A stretch of 64,000 nt of DNA, taken from NCBI GenBank assembly GCA_963693365.1, contig CAVNZM010000010.1:6139794-6203793 (forward strand), read 5' to 3'. Positions 1 to 37,424 of this stretch are shown piece by piece (the first letter of the stretch is position 1; the number at the start of each line of letters is the position of its first letter). Source of the stretch: Amoebidium appalachense. Taxonomy: Eukaryota > Protista > Ichthyosporea. Made by a program: the position numbers and the translations under genes. The notes beneath the pieces were generated by a model that ran no database searches, had not been told where the DNA came from, and saw only the letters and a list, made by a program, of their open reading frames with translations.

Positions 1-1
1 C

Positions 2-1022
2 AAGGAGCAGATTCCAGAGGATGACGACGTCAGACACCGTGTTCGGTTTGAGTTCGACTATTTCTGTCTGCCGTGTCCATTCGATGTTCCGCCCTTGGTT
101 GAGCAATTCGGTATGGGCTTCAGTGATCGGGTATACGAGGGTCACGTAGGGAGCGTTCTCTCTGTAGATGTTACAGACCACGAGATTGTCAGTGGCGGGG
201 CAGATAAAACGGTGCGTGTGTGGGACGTTCTAACAGGGAATTGTTTACATGTTCTACACGGGCACCACGGGGCTGTGGGGCGTGTGGCGGCGTATGGGGA
301 CAGGACGGCGACGAACGAACAAGTAAACGATGAGGTGTTTGTGTGGGATATACACGAAGGGAAACTACTGACGAAACTTCCACTGGGCGGGCGTGTGCTG
401 TCTGTGGGGGTGGGTAAGACCGTTGCTGTTGCGACCGGATACCTCTCATGCAGTTTTACGTCTGTGACGATTAAAGTATGGGACTTGGAAACAAGTGCGG
501 TTTTGTGGCAAACGACAGGGTTGAACACGGCGACAGGGAGAGTTGCCGTGTACAACGACAGTTTGGTGTGCGGGGGTATCGGTATGGAGCTGAAGGTGTG
601 GGATGTAAAATCGGGGAACATGTCACATGACGTTACTGGGCCACCACAAGAAGCCCACACACGCCACCATTACCGATGATTCGATTGTTAGTTGGAGCGC
701 GAGCATTGACGGGCAGCGCGAGTGCGTGTTATGGAACAAGGCAAACGACAGTAGCCCCACGCCTGTTAGCCAACGGGTGATCCATGCTGGGAATGGAGCA
801 TGCATGGTGCACAATGGCACGTTTGTTTCTGTCGACAATGACGTTTTGGTACTTACCGACATAGCAACGGGCACGGAACAGCGTCTGAGTGGCCATGCCG
901 AGTTTATCTGTGGCATATCGGGGTATGGGGATATGATTGCGACGGCGTCGCGAGATGCGACCATTCGCGTGTGGAAGCCCAGGCGTAGGCGGAGCAGGAT
1001 GCTGAGTATCACCAAGCCGTGA
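2..1022 (+). CDS. WD40-repeat protein, 3' portion (5' end outside window); one +1 frameshift at ~607-618
   Basis: Frame open from base 2 with GH...WD repeats (GHVGSVLSV...GADKTVRVWD; GHHGAV...VFVWD; TIKVWD; LKVWD). It continues in a second frame (TCHMTLLGHH ... GHAEFICGI...ATASRDATIRVWK) to TGA at 1020-1022. No intron at the frame switch. Confidence 0.85.
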
Positions 1023-1611
1023 GGTGCTTGAGAACAAGTTTTGTGTGTGTGTGTGTGTGTGTGTGTGATTGCGCTTTTGCACAGAGCACACATGAATAGG
1101 TATATATCTCACTCCACAACCACCTAATCTCTGCTCTGTGGCTTGCTTCAAGTTGCTCTTTCCTTCCCAACCCCAACCCCCCCCCCCCCTTTCCCCCCCC
1201 CGGCCCTCCCTGGGGGGCCCTTCCTTTCTCTTCCCTTTCGCCTCCCGCTCCCCCTCCTTCTCTTAGAATCCCTCCCCCCTTGTATATCACTCTCTGCCAT
1301 GCCTCGAGCATTTCGTTTTGAAAACTGCTGATTCTAGTGTTCCCTGTTGTATACGAAAGGTAATGGGGTTATAAGGGGGTCTTTTATGTGCTTGTGGGGC
1401 GAAGGGGGGGGAGGGGAGGGGGGGGGGTAGGCGGGTGGTGATGGTGGTGGTGGTTGGGGGAGGCAGGAGGGGGGGAGGGAGGGAGGGGGAGAGAGCGAGA
1501 GAGGAGAGAGAGAGAGAGAGAGAGAGAGGAGTGGGCAGGGGCAGACGGAGTTGGTGGGAGGAGGGGGGCGGTTGAAAGGGGGATCCTTCTCTCTCTCTCT
1601 CTCCCCTCCCC

Positions 1612-1644
<33 letters not shown>

Positions 1645-2705
1645 GCAGTTGTCTTATGTTCAAAGAGGTCATGTTGCTTGACCATAAACATGTTGCACTC
1701 TGCAAACAAGATGATCGGTGCAGGGCGGGTAGGGAGGGTAAGGGGTGGGCAGGGAGAGGGGGAGGGGGCTGGGGGCAAGGGAGATGGAGGTTGAGAAGGG
1801 GGACAGGGGAGAGGTGGGGGGGGGGGGGAGGGGGGGGGGGGGGGCAGGGGGGGTAGGGAGAGGAAGGGGGCGGAGAAGGGGGTTATGGGTTGGGGGCAGG
1901 GAATGGGGGAATTGGGTGCAGGGAGGGGGGAGGGCGGAGGAAGAAGGGGTTTGGGGAAGAGGAGAGGGCGGGGGCTCTTGGGGGGGGGGGGGGGGGGGGG
2001 GGGGGAGGGGCGAATGAATGTTGGTTTGCGAGTGTTATGGTATAAGGGCATGTTGGAATGGAAGGTACGGCACCGGGGCCTGGCTGACAACATGCTCTGT
2101 TGCAGGCACCACAGGCCTGTGAATGATGGCACATTGGACATTCAATATGCCGTAAGAGGGTGCATTGCCGGGTACATGGCTCACCGGAATGAGTGAGTGG
2201 CCATTCGGTTTGTGAGTACGATTATTTAGAATTATTATATGCTTTATGCTCGTATGTTGTGTTGTGTCGATATATCATAGTAAACTGTACGTGCACAATG
2301 TTGAAACATCTTATTTCTGACAGACTGGGAGGAACCGGAGCAATTATGCTGTTTACGTGCACATGCTCATACAGTAACACACAACACGCTTTTCTTACGC
2401 TGCTGCCTATCTGAAAGTACGTGCGCATGTGCGCATTGTCAGAGTCTGCATACCCCATGTATGTGTGTGCTGTTGTAGTTATCCTTGCGAATGTCATGCT
2501 TCAGGCATCTATACATAGGGGCTTTATGCTAGGTATAAACGTGTGTCGTCCTATATGTGTTTGTAGCAGTTGTGCCTACCGTGGTCATTTCCGTGATGCT
2601 CCGTTTTAGTTGTTTCTGGTGACGGGTGTGTGGGGGGGTGTTGGGGTTTGTGGGTGCTTGGGTGTGGGTGTGGGTGTGTTTTTTCGGGGGGGTCATTGTC
2701 ATTGT

Positions 2706-2752
<47 letters not shown>

Positions 2753-3174
2753 GGGGGGGGGGGGGTAGACACAGACTGCCGTCGACACACCTCAGTACTG
2801 GTACTTATTTCTTCGTAGTCAGCGTTTCTGAACCTGTTAATCATTAGAACAAAATATATGATGCATACTATATCGTGCAGCGAGTTCACGGGTTTTTGTC
2901 ATCTAATGACAGTGTGTTTTGTTAGATATAACCTATTGGAGTGCTAAGAATCATAAAGATCATATGTTTGTACCTGTAAATTTGTACCTTTTTATGTGGC
3001 CCTAAACTGAATGCACAGTCGTGTCATACCTAAAAAATTTCAAGCGTGTACTTCATTCTACCAGCAGCTGCACGACCCCCGGGCATGGTTGCTCTGTGTT
3101 GCGCATCTGTAAGCACATACGCATTTTTCGCTGCACTGCATTAGTTAGCACACACATATTCACCGTTTTGCTCA

Positions 3175-3441
3175 CCTTGCTTGCATAAGCAACCCTGCTC
3201 GTCTTTGATCAAGACGGGTTGACCCTCCCAAGTTCAGTTGATGCTGCTGTCTGAGTTGGAGAGTCGTATATACGCGGGCTAAGGGGTCGAAACTCAGACG
3301 CAATTGATGACTTGGGCCCTCCCTGAGGATGGGCTCTGCTTATGACGCATACTGCGCGCATGGCTATGTTGCATACTTGAATGTTTGCCTTGGCATGTGT
3401 CCTTCGTGTATGCGTACTTCGTACCGTGTTCAGCATTCAAA
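3175..3441 (+). mobile_element. Poly-C-associated structured repeat, copy 1 (subfamily A, full RNA fold)
   Basis: Aligns by eye with 32633-32880 and 51467-51617; ends CATTCAAA followed by a C-run. Confidence 0.8.
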
Positions 3442-3695
3442 CCACCCCCTCCCCCCCCCCCGCCCCCGGCAGCTCCTCCCCTTTTTCGGAAAAATGGAGC
3501 CACAACTTTCACCATGACACGGGCATGCGCGTGCGTGCATGATACACACAACAAACACACCATGTAAACCCACACAAACATGATTCACATGCGCATTTGC
3601 ATGCACAACCGGGTACATAACTACAACCACGTCTTTGAATATACTAATACACATACAAACGCGGACAAACACGCAACACACACACCCATCAATAG

Positions 3696-3737
<42 letters not shown>

Positions 3738-4100
3738 ACCCACACCCACACACACACACACACACACACTACCTTAAGCTTATCCTCCGAGCTTCTCGGC
3801 CCAATCGAACTGTCTTCCCCAGGCCACGAACCCCTGAAGGCCCCACTGTGACCCGATTCAGAATCTGATTTGCGCTGCAATTATCCCGGATACTATCACT
3901 TCCGTATAGTATCAGCTATACACGTTGTGCACCTAAGTAATGGCACACGAGTACTGAATTCAGCTGCTGCAGGAGCTTACGGCATAATGACTCTGAGCGC
4001 ACAAAAAAGAGTTGGCCATCAAATCAGTATAAAGTCAACCAAGAAAATAGGAATACCGAAAAAAGTATGTATGGACCAATCATTTTCGCGCAATCACACG

Positions 4101-4303
4101 ATTAGCCATATATATGAATTTGGGCGGGAAGTTTTTGCGCGCCAAAAAAGAAGTTTTTATAAAATATTAAAGAACGTAGGAAAACTGCAATTTCAAAAAA
4201 AGATTGCATTACCCGATAAACTTATGCGCGCGATCTGACTGGTTATCCATATATGGAATTTTGGGCGGGATATTTTAACGCGCCAATTTTTTTCTTTATA
4301 AAA
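4101..4303. promoter_or_regulatory. Duplicated ~60-bp motif with E2F-like sites
   Basis: CCATATAT..GAATT(T)TGGGCGGGA...CGCGCCAA...TTTATAAAA occurs at ~4101-4165 and ~4241-4303. Confidence 0.35.
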
Positions 4304-5002
4304 CAGCGATCGGCAGCTAATGATATTCCTACTTTTTCCTATTGCCAATGTGGTAGATCATGTGTTATTTACTGTTTCGAAAGGTAATGTGCACAATAGA
4401 GAAATGGTACTAATAGCATCTCAGATTGCGGCGAACGTGACTTGTCACAATCATGGATGCGTGCACCAGCTATAGCTATGTCGATTCAAATGCGCATGGA
4501 CACAAAGGAGCTAAGGGTACACTCGACTGATTGGTCCATACTAGCATTCTGGGAAGTGATGGAAAGGGGTGCCCTGTGACTCCCTCACTTTTCTTTCTTT
4601 CCGACACGGATATCTCTTTTCGTATACGTATACAGAGTTATCTTTTTTCTAATAACGGTTTACTTTCCTTCTTTCCCCCCCCCCCCCCCCCCCCCCCCCC
4701 CAATAGTCAACGGTTTGTGACTTTGTGTATGTGTGTGTGTGTACGTGTGTGTGGGTGTGCGTGCGTGTGTACATGTGCGGGTGACTGCGTGCGTATGTGC
4801 ACATGTGTGTGCGTGCGCCCGTGTGTGTGTGTACCGTCCCAAGGTGTATGTGTGCACGTGTGTGTGTGTGCGCACACGTGTGCCGGCGTGTGCGCTTGTA
4901 GCGACTCGTGCATGTGCTTTGTAAGAATATCAATGTGGTATTTTTATTTTTATTTATTTATTTATTTATTTATTTTTTTTGGGGGGGGGGGGAAGGAGGG
5001 GG

Positions 5003-5043
<41 letters not shown>

Positions 5044-5735
5044 GGGAGGGGGGGGGGGGGGGGGGGGGGGGGGATCTACATAGCTGTCGCCCAATCACCA
5101 TGCCACCAGCTGATTTTGGGGCACAGCATTTAGCATCTTTATGCAAAAAGGAAAGAAATGCATAGATGCCACTACAGACTCTAAAGCATGGCAATGGACA
5201 GAAGCCACACACCATCCGGATCCAGCCATCCGGCTTCGCCATCGCCGTATGGTCCAAGTACAAAAAGCGGGACAGGTGTTGAATCGGAGTCCTTTATTCC
5301 GGGCCATTCCCCGTGGTAATTGATCACACCAAGTTGATGATATATATTCGTGCACCATGTTCAAATAAAGATTTGGAATTCCACACGTGATAAAGTGTAT
5401 TTTACACGGCTAAGGGCAGTATTAGGCAGCCCTGCCTTTTTATTTATTTATAGGTTTTAGTGGCCTATGTACGATAGCTTTCTAGCGCCTAAACAAATTG
5501 ATATCATTTCGCTACTACATTTCCAACCCCCATATTTATACCTTGCCCGCCTCCACAATTGGGCGCAATACCAAGAAACCAACTTTTTAAGCTTCTTGTC
5601 TTTTGGCCTCTCTAATTACATGCCACAGGTCGCTTAGCCGTTAACCAACATAACATCTGGATCCCCAACTTTTCCTCTCGTCCACCAACTTTTTAACAGC
5701 CAAGATGAGACTTCAAGTTTTCATCTTCCTTTTTC

Positions 5736-6302
5736 TCAACACACGCTACGCGACCCACCCAACCCAGGGGGTGTATCCATCAATGCACCGTCTGTTGATT
5801 TCCTGTTGTCCATCTCGCTGGCAACTGGTGTCAGGCGTTGCTGGGAGGGTGCAGCCGCCGGGGGAGCCGCGGGTGCAGGGGCCTTCCACCGGACGATATA
5901 CATCAGAATCATAGCAATGGCCGTGCACACAACAAGGGCCATGCACCAAAAAAAGCTTAGAAGATCGGCGGCACACCCAACGGGGGGAATATTGGGCTGT
6001 GTTCCTCTCAATGCGGGCAGCGAGAAAATCTGTGGGAGGCGGGAATGAAGGTGTTAGGGGGGTTCATTTGTGGGAGGCTTGCGTTGCCTGACACAAACAC
6101 AATATGACGGCAGAAGGAAAACGGTAACCCCTCCCCCCCCCCCCCCCCCCCCCCCCCCAAAAAAAAACAAACAAACAAACAAACAAACAAACAAAAAAAA
6201 CCCCCACCATCTCCCCTCGTTTTTTGAGGCGCTATCCACAAAGCACACATGTGGAGAAAGAGTTGTGGGGGAGGAGAAGGTGGTGGTGGTGGTGGTGGTG
6301 GT

Positions 6303-6334
<32 letters not shown>

Positions 6335-7445
6335 GGGGGGGGGGAGGGGGAGGGGGGGGGGGGGGGGGGGGCTGATGGCAGATTAGATGGTGCAACACGG
6401 AGGAACGCGCGCTAAATTACGAGGACCCTGCTTCAGAGGACACACATATCATATGAAGAGAAAAAGGTTAGGTTCAGCATAGGAGTATGGTGCTCGTTTC
6501 ATTCTCAACTTGAATAAGAACTTCCCGACCATCCCCCCCTCCTCCTCCCCCCCCCCCCCCCCCCACCCCCTCCCCGTCCCCCCTCTGCCCACCCCAAAAT
6601 AAAAACGAAAAAATGTAAAACAAACAAAAAAAGCACCAGGCATATGATGCCGCAAATGCATTCCGGCTTTGTGTTTCTGAGCAGTATTGGGTTCGAATGC
6701 CCGGAGGAGTGCTTGTAAGGTGTCTGCCTCGTGAAACCAGAGAGGTGGCCGTGATTTTGCGTGCACACTATCCATCCTACGTAAGTAGTGGTGTTTACCG
6801 CTCCTGTATGCTTATTATGGCTTACAGTACATGTGCACTTAAGCCCTCGATTGTGCCTGCTTGTGTGTGGGCACGCGTAATGGGGGAGGTCTTACTGCAG
6901 CCATGCATGTAGCCAAAACAGGAGGCTCCGCATTTCTGTTTCTCATCCACACGTCAAACGAAATGCTGATAACCGCAAGGGAAATACACCACATGATGAT
7001 CATCACAAAGATGGAGAACCCCAGCGTCACAGCGCTACGAGAAAAGTTCAACGATAGGAAGTTGGAGAACCCGGGGAGATTAGCCGTGTAGTTTGAGGTG
7101 GAATCGAAGCTAGTCATGGTGCTGGTGAATCGAAGAACGAAGGGTACCAGCTCGGTGGTGTTGTACGCGGCAATGATGTAGATGTTGCCGTTGTATTCGT
7201 CAAAGGGATAGCGGTTGACATCTCCCTGTGTGGAGACAAGATTGGTTATTTTAGTGCCCTTGTACTGCTAGGGAAGGGCTGGCTTGTGGTGGCATAGAAA
7301 GCCCTTCAACCCCTATTCATAGTATCCCCCCCCCCCCCTCCCCCCTCTCGTCCTCACTCTTCCCCCCCTCCCCCCCTCTTTCTCCGGAAACACACGCACA
7401 CTGTACAAATAGACTCCCTTCCCCCCTGGAAAAACACACACCGTG

Positions 7446-7499
<54 letters not shown>

Positions 7500-8466
7500 G
7501 GGCACAAAATAAATTTTTTAAAAAAAAACACAGCCAACGTCCGTTCACATCCCGAAAGCTACCAGCATGCAATTCAGCAGGTATCTCTTAGCAACTCAAG
7601 TCACATTTACGTCAGCAGTGGGTTGTGTCACTACTGAGGCAGCTAGGTTGAGTACGTGATTTTGTTCATGCCGCTATCGTTGCACTCTAATGTAGGGGCG
7701 GGTCAAGCGGGAGGGTGACACCAGAGGTGGCCGAGGCGGAGGGGGGGAGTTAGGTGTTTGTGTGTGTGTGTGTGTGCGTGTGTGTGTGCACGCGCGCGCG
7801 GGAGGTGGACAAGGGGGGGGGGGGGGGGGGGGGGGGGAGGGAGGATTGTTAGAGTGTGCCGCACAGTAAACAAAACTGATAAGCCTTTTGACAACGCAAG
7901 GCACAACAACGTGGATCATTAAATTGCAAAAACGAGCCAAAAATATGCAGCATAGGCTGCTTTACGGAAGACGCACAGACGGCCCATACTTTGCAGAACA
8001 TCACATAGTCCCTTAACTCATACAGCAGCAGCGGGGAGGGGCAACTTACAGACCAGAAATACAAAGGCATGTCAATGGCCTGCATAGCCTCACCCGCCTT
8101 AAATGTCTTGCGCATGGTGTCTATCTGCACGGTAAAATTGACAGCTGGTGAACTGTCATCCCTTGACCCGTCGGGATTGGGGCTAGCAAGTGCCCCTCGT
8201 GCAAGAAATTCAAAGCGCACTTGATACTGGTTCTGTGTGGGGTTTAGGCCGATAATGTACGAGTTGATCTCGAGGTAGCCACCAGGAGGAGGAGTCTCGC
8301 CCGTCTCATTGTAGATGAACTCGCTGCTCTCGGGCTCACCGTTCTTCGACCAGGAGACATATGTTGTAGACACAACGATGGCCAAAACAACAATGACTAC
8401 CAGAAGAAACAAAGGGCGGGAAAGGCCTGGCCTACGGGCCAGCTTATTCTTCAGCGTGCCCAACAT
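5736..8466 (-). CDS. DUF4436-like membrane protein, 3 exons
   Basis: Exons 8466-8050, 7225-6896, 6029-5736, with GTAAG donors and CACAG acceptors, all phase 0. N-terminal TM anchor, GDVNRYPFDEY motif, then TM segments with IFSLPALRGTQPNIPPVG..D..FFW. This matches my recollection of the DUF4436 family signature. Confidence 0.8.
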
Positions 8467-8815
8467 GTTAACAGTTACAATAGGAAACGGAAATATTGCT
8501 AAAACCTACTTCAGTTGTTGGATAAGGAGAGGCATATAACAGCCCAGACCACCCTTGAGCAGTAGTCACATGTGAACGAGAGCAGTGCACGTGTGGACTG
8601 ACTGATAATTAGAAGGCGGAGCCAACCTTTGACACTGGCACATGCATGGTTAAAACTGACGTCTGTCCTATGCCAATCACATTGCAAGTGTTTTTTAAAC
8701 ATGCATTCCATCATGTTATCATTTCGCGTCTGGGATAATGATAGCCAATCAGAAGGCTGGAGGTTATTAAAGTTAACGGAGTCAAGTTGAAAAGGAACGC
8801 GAGTTTACACCTATG

Positions 8816-9309
8816 TACTGTAGGGGTCATTATGTGACGTAGATATACATCAAGTCACCCCAGACACGGATGCCCCCCAGATCAATAAACATCACGATGT
8901 AAATGGGGCTTCCGGGACCTGGCGTCCTCATTCTTTTCCTTGTCCAAAACATATTTCTTGTCAACGAAAGCTGTGACCATCCGTCCGTAAAAATGAGCTA
9001 TCGTACCATGCTAGCAGAGCGCGCGTGTGGAAGCGTGTTTACCTGGTTACCCCCGAGGGAGACCTTCCTTTTCTGCTACCATGCGACATCGAAATGTGAT
9101 GGGAACATGAATTCGAAACGGATGAAAGTCGGATGGGGGACGGATGGTCACAGCTTTCGTTGACAAGAAATAGGTTTTGGACAAGGAAAAGACTGAGGAC
9201 GCCAGGTCCCGGAAGCCCATCGTGATGTTTATTGATCTGAGGGGCTTCCGTGTCTGGGGTGACTCGATGTATATTTACGTCACAGCAGCAACCCTCCAAA
9301 TCTACAGTA
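8816..9309. mobile_element. MITE-like element with ~170-bp terminal inverted repeats
   Basis: 8816-8986 is the near-perfect reverse complement of 9138-9309. Outer ends are TA-CTGTAG...CTACAG-TA (possible TA target duplication); ~150-bp spacer, no ORF. Confidence 0.75.
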
Positions 9310-9677
9310 GACGCCACCTCCAATTCGTGAAGGCACTGTATTGTATTTAGACCAAATACATACAAATATCACATCTACAAGCACGTAGAAGCGTTGGCAA
9401 CAACAACATAGCAGATCTGTGCTTATATACACGTTCATCACCTGCAATGGGCATACCTGTCATTGCATACATACATACAATGCATATGCACATGATAGGT
9501 CGGGAGGCGGGATCAAACTACAAACCCAGTAGTTGCTGTTAGAGAGTTTTCAATGGAATAAAAATCAAATAAATTACCATTAAATGAAAGATAGGCCTAC
9601 ATACCTGGTTGTGGTCTATGAATATTAGGTTTTTTTCTTGTCCACTTATGATATGGCCCGAAATCCGGTATGATACG

Positions 9678-10810
9678 TATGGTATAGGTGTCATAAAATA
9701 TAGCAGTTGCTGTCCCCAAGCGGCAATGCCTTTTGGCCAATCTGGGTAAGCGCTTGGTTATGGACTTATCCACCCATGTTCGAGGTTTGGCTGGGGACTT
9801 GATTTTTTTAGGCAGTCTGCTCGGGCTGACCTATAATTATGTCCGGCTAGTCTACCATGACGTAGACGCCAGACTTGGTATACAATAGATGGTGGAGGTG
9901 CAGGCCGCGGCGCGCGGGTTTCCGAACCACACGGTACGATGCGAGTCACCGACATGACGCTTCCGCCAATCACAACCTATGTAAACAAAAATTAGGCGTT
10001 TTGATTTGGCCAATATCAGTGAAGCGCCTTATTAGAATGAGCGGGGGCAAATTTCATTGAGATTCGATTGGTTACAATCCGCTCGATTTTATCTGCCTTA
10101 TATCGGGGCACTATTTTGAACCTATATAATCACTATGGCGATAATTTTTGTTCTTGGCATCGCAAATTGGTAACACATATAAGAAAACAAGCATTTTTGT
10201 AGCCAGTTCTGGCCTTTAAAAGGCTTCCAAACATGTACGCTTTCAACGCCACGGTTGGCTTCCGCGCCACCTTTTTTTGCCCCCTCACAATGCCACATTC
10301 CATTTCCCTCTGCTTTTTCCCACAGCCAATGAGCGTAGAATTCTATAAGTCTAATCCTGTTCGATTGAATGAAGATCACGTACGGAATGCCGAATTAGGC
10401 TTCTGTGATTGACGGAAATTTCATGTCGGTGACTTGAAGTTGTAAGTAATGGAAGGAGATGGGCCAATTGGTACAGTTGCATTCGTGACCCGATTCGGTC
10501 CTCTGGTTTGATATGCACCTAAATTGGACCGTACGGTATGGAGTGAACGATGTAGCGCAATGGCGAAAGAGGCTCCAAGGACGTAGCCTGTCAAGGTGGG
10601 AGTTATGGTATAGGTGTCATAAAATATAGCAGTCGCTGTCCCCAAGCGGCAATGCCTTTTGGCCGATCTGGGTAAGCGCTTGGTCATGGACCTATGCAAC
10701 CATGTTCGACCCTCTGGCTGGGAACTTGATTTTTTTTAGGCAGTCTGCTCGGGCTGATCTATAATTATGTCCAGCTAGTCTACCATGGCGTACACGCCAG
10801 ACTTGATACA
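9678..10810 (+). repeat. Pair of ~205-bp direct repeats (TRIM/LTR-like or local duplication)
   Basis: 9678-9884 and 10604-10810 are closely similar and can be read as TG...CA. TGGTGGAGGTGC follows the first copy (9890) and AAGGTGGGAG precedes the second (10593). Confidence 0.7.
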
Positions 10811-11013
10811 AGATACTGGCAGGCGAATGCGGGGCTCCCTTCTGCTAGATGGGCCGGTGGCTCATGCCCCTCGCGCAGGTACAATCCAACACTGTTATGA
10901 AGAACGAATGTATAAGAGTGTGTGTGTTTGTGATCCACGTCATGTGTGTCTGCATGTGCTCATGTGTGTACACGTGTGTGCGTGTGTGTGTTTCTGTGTG
11001 TATCACAGTGTGC

Positions 11014-11047
<34 letters not shown>

Positions 11048-11182
11048 CGTGTGTGCGTGTGTGCGTGTGTGTTTGTGTGTGTATATGTGTCACGGTTCCT
11101 GTCGCGAGAAACTAGGAGGTACGTGTGCGGGGAAAGTCTTTGGGCGTTTGGGACAGGAAGAGAGGGGTGGGGTGGGGTGGAG

Positions 11183-11213
<31 letters not shown>

Positions 11214-11334
11214 AGTAGGGGGGGGGGGGGGGGGAGTGTTAATAAACGCGCGTCCCACCCAATCAGAAAGAACTTCTTTGCAGATGGGTGGCCATATGCT
11301 TTTAGACACATGACCAAATAAAAGTTGCAGAGTC

Positions 11335-11595
11335 GGTGTTACAACTCTGGTAGTACCGTGTGGGCATTGTTTCTCCACCACGTGTACATATAATTTGTTG
11401 ATATTGCTGAGGCCATAATTGCAGAATGGGGTCCCATCTCTGATAGCACTGTGTGGGCATTGTTTCTCCACCACATGTACATAATACCGTGTGGGCATTG
11501 TTTCTCCACCACGTGCCACGTATACGTACAAAGTAGTAAGGCCGGGGTTCCAGCTCTGAAAGTACCGTGTGGGCATGGTTTCTCCACAGCGTGTA
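11335..11595. repeat. Degenerate minisatellite, 4 copies of TACCGTGTGGGCATTGTTTCTCCACCACGTG
   Basis: Core motif at ~11354, 11448, 11486 and 11563. Confidence 0.8.
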
Positions 11596-11602
11596 TGAGA
11601 AA

Positions 11603-11730
<128 letters not shown>

Positions 11731-11890
11731 CATGCACGCAGCATGCACACACGCACACACACACTCGCGCACAAGGCACGCACGGACGCACACACACACA
11801 AAACAGACACAAACTTAGTTTGAAGGAAAACGGGGTCCCAACATTACATCCCCTTCATCAACCCCCCCCCCCCCCCCCCCCAAAAAAAAG

Positions 11891-11965
11891 TGACGTCATT
11901 AGGTGATCTTTCATTGGGTCGCTGAAAGCTAAGTTTGATTGGCCGCAGCTCGTTTTTGGCGGGAA
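11891..11965 (+). promoter_or_regulatory. Putative SMC5 promoter elements: CRE, CCAAT, E2F-like site
   Basis: TGACGTCA 11891-11898, ATTGG 11938-11942 and TTTTTGGCGGGAA 11953-11965, all 180-250 bp upstream of the ATG. Confidence 0.45.
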
Positions 11966-12142
11966 CCTACCCCCGGGTGACGCGACACAAAGGGTGGCCC
12001 AGGGGAGTTGGCTGCCTGACACTTTTAGGAACCCCGCGGCACCAAACTAGCTGTGCTAAGAAGTTATTTAAGTAGAGTATCTAAACAGGAAAAGCCAACG
12101 GCAAAGAGAAAGGCCAGGTTCTGTCTTGTCTAAGCGGAAAGA

Positions 12143-36285
<24,143 letters not shown>

Positions 36286-37392
36286 TCTCTCCTCACAATT
36301 CTAATCGTTACCTTCTCTGTTCATTACTATTATTACTACTACCACCACCGCCAGTACTACTTACACACATACACGCACCCACACACACACCCACACACAC
36401 GCACACACACATGTGCGCACACCTTTTATCCCACTGGTGCACTTCTAATAAGGCTGGGTCTTGCCAAAGCATTTCGACACTTTCTGAGAACAAAGACTAC
36501 AATACTCAAAAAGTGTTCTGGAGTCTGATATATGATGCTAGGCATGTAGCAATCAATCAAAGATTTGTAGAATTCATTTACGAGGGGTTTTGCGTGCAAG
36601 TCGAGTAGCCAGGTGATACTCGCTAACGTGAGATGTAGTATCTTCTCTTTAGCTGAGCATCATTTCCAATATTATATAGCTTAACGGAAAGATATCCAAA
36701 TTATCGACCATGTGTCGCATAGAGTCCCGAAGTTTGTATAATGCTCCGGAGACAATTAACATATTATTCTGTTTTCTTCTGGTTTCCAAGGTTTTTGTTC
36801 TGAACAACTGGGAGATAGTGTTAGGAGCCCAAATGTTTGGAGGCTCTAGTTAAGACCACCCCTTTAATCGTCCATTCTTAGTTCTTCAGGCAGGCTGTTT
36901 CCAATAGGAATACAGTGAATGGTGTAGTCATTGTCATTTATCTAGTTGTATATTAGGTCGAAAATATTTAGTGAGTCAGACGCTATTGGCAGTAAAACGA
37001 ATACTGATGGTAAAAATCGAAACACAATACATTCATTGCGACTATCTGGGTCTTGAATGTAGCACTGTATGCCCGTCATATCAAATTCCTCAGGAACTGT
37101 GCATGGACAATCATTGCTTGTCAAGTTATCTTTCGTGTGTTGTGTATCAAGTGCAGAGACAGGTTGTCTATGATATTCCGTTGGGTGTGCGCATGTACCA
37201 ATAGTTGTGCAGGCTCGGGCGCAGGCGCGCAGGCGCGCGTGTGTATGTGTGTGTGCGCCACGCGCGCACGTGTAAAAATTGTGTGTTCTCTGTTGTGTGT
37301 GCACAGTGTTACGGTACATCTGTGTGTGTGTGTGTGTACGCATGACAACATTTCAGTGTGTGTGAGAGTCCGGAGACTCAAGAGAGAGAGAG

Positions 37393-37424
<32 letters not shown>

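Noticed and set aside
3304-3330. Box C/D snoRNA (TGATGA ... CTGA)
   Set aside because: Boxes are only ~12 nt apart and box C is not conserved in copy 2.
3200-3340. Hammerhead ribozyme (CTGAGGA and GAAAC both present)
   Set aside because: CUGANGA does not lie between stems I and II in the supported fold; the core order is incompatible.
11335-11595. CRISPR-like spaced repeats
   Set aside because: Irregular spacing, spacers related to each other, no cas genes, eukaryotic context; a decayed minisatellite.
36942-37190. Minus-strand protein-like ORF tail (CPCTVPEEFDMTG)
   Set aside because: No recognisable motif, credible start or splice structure.
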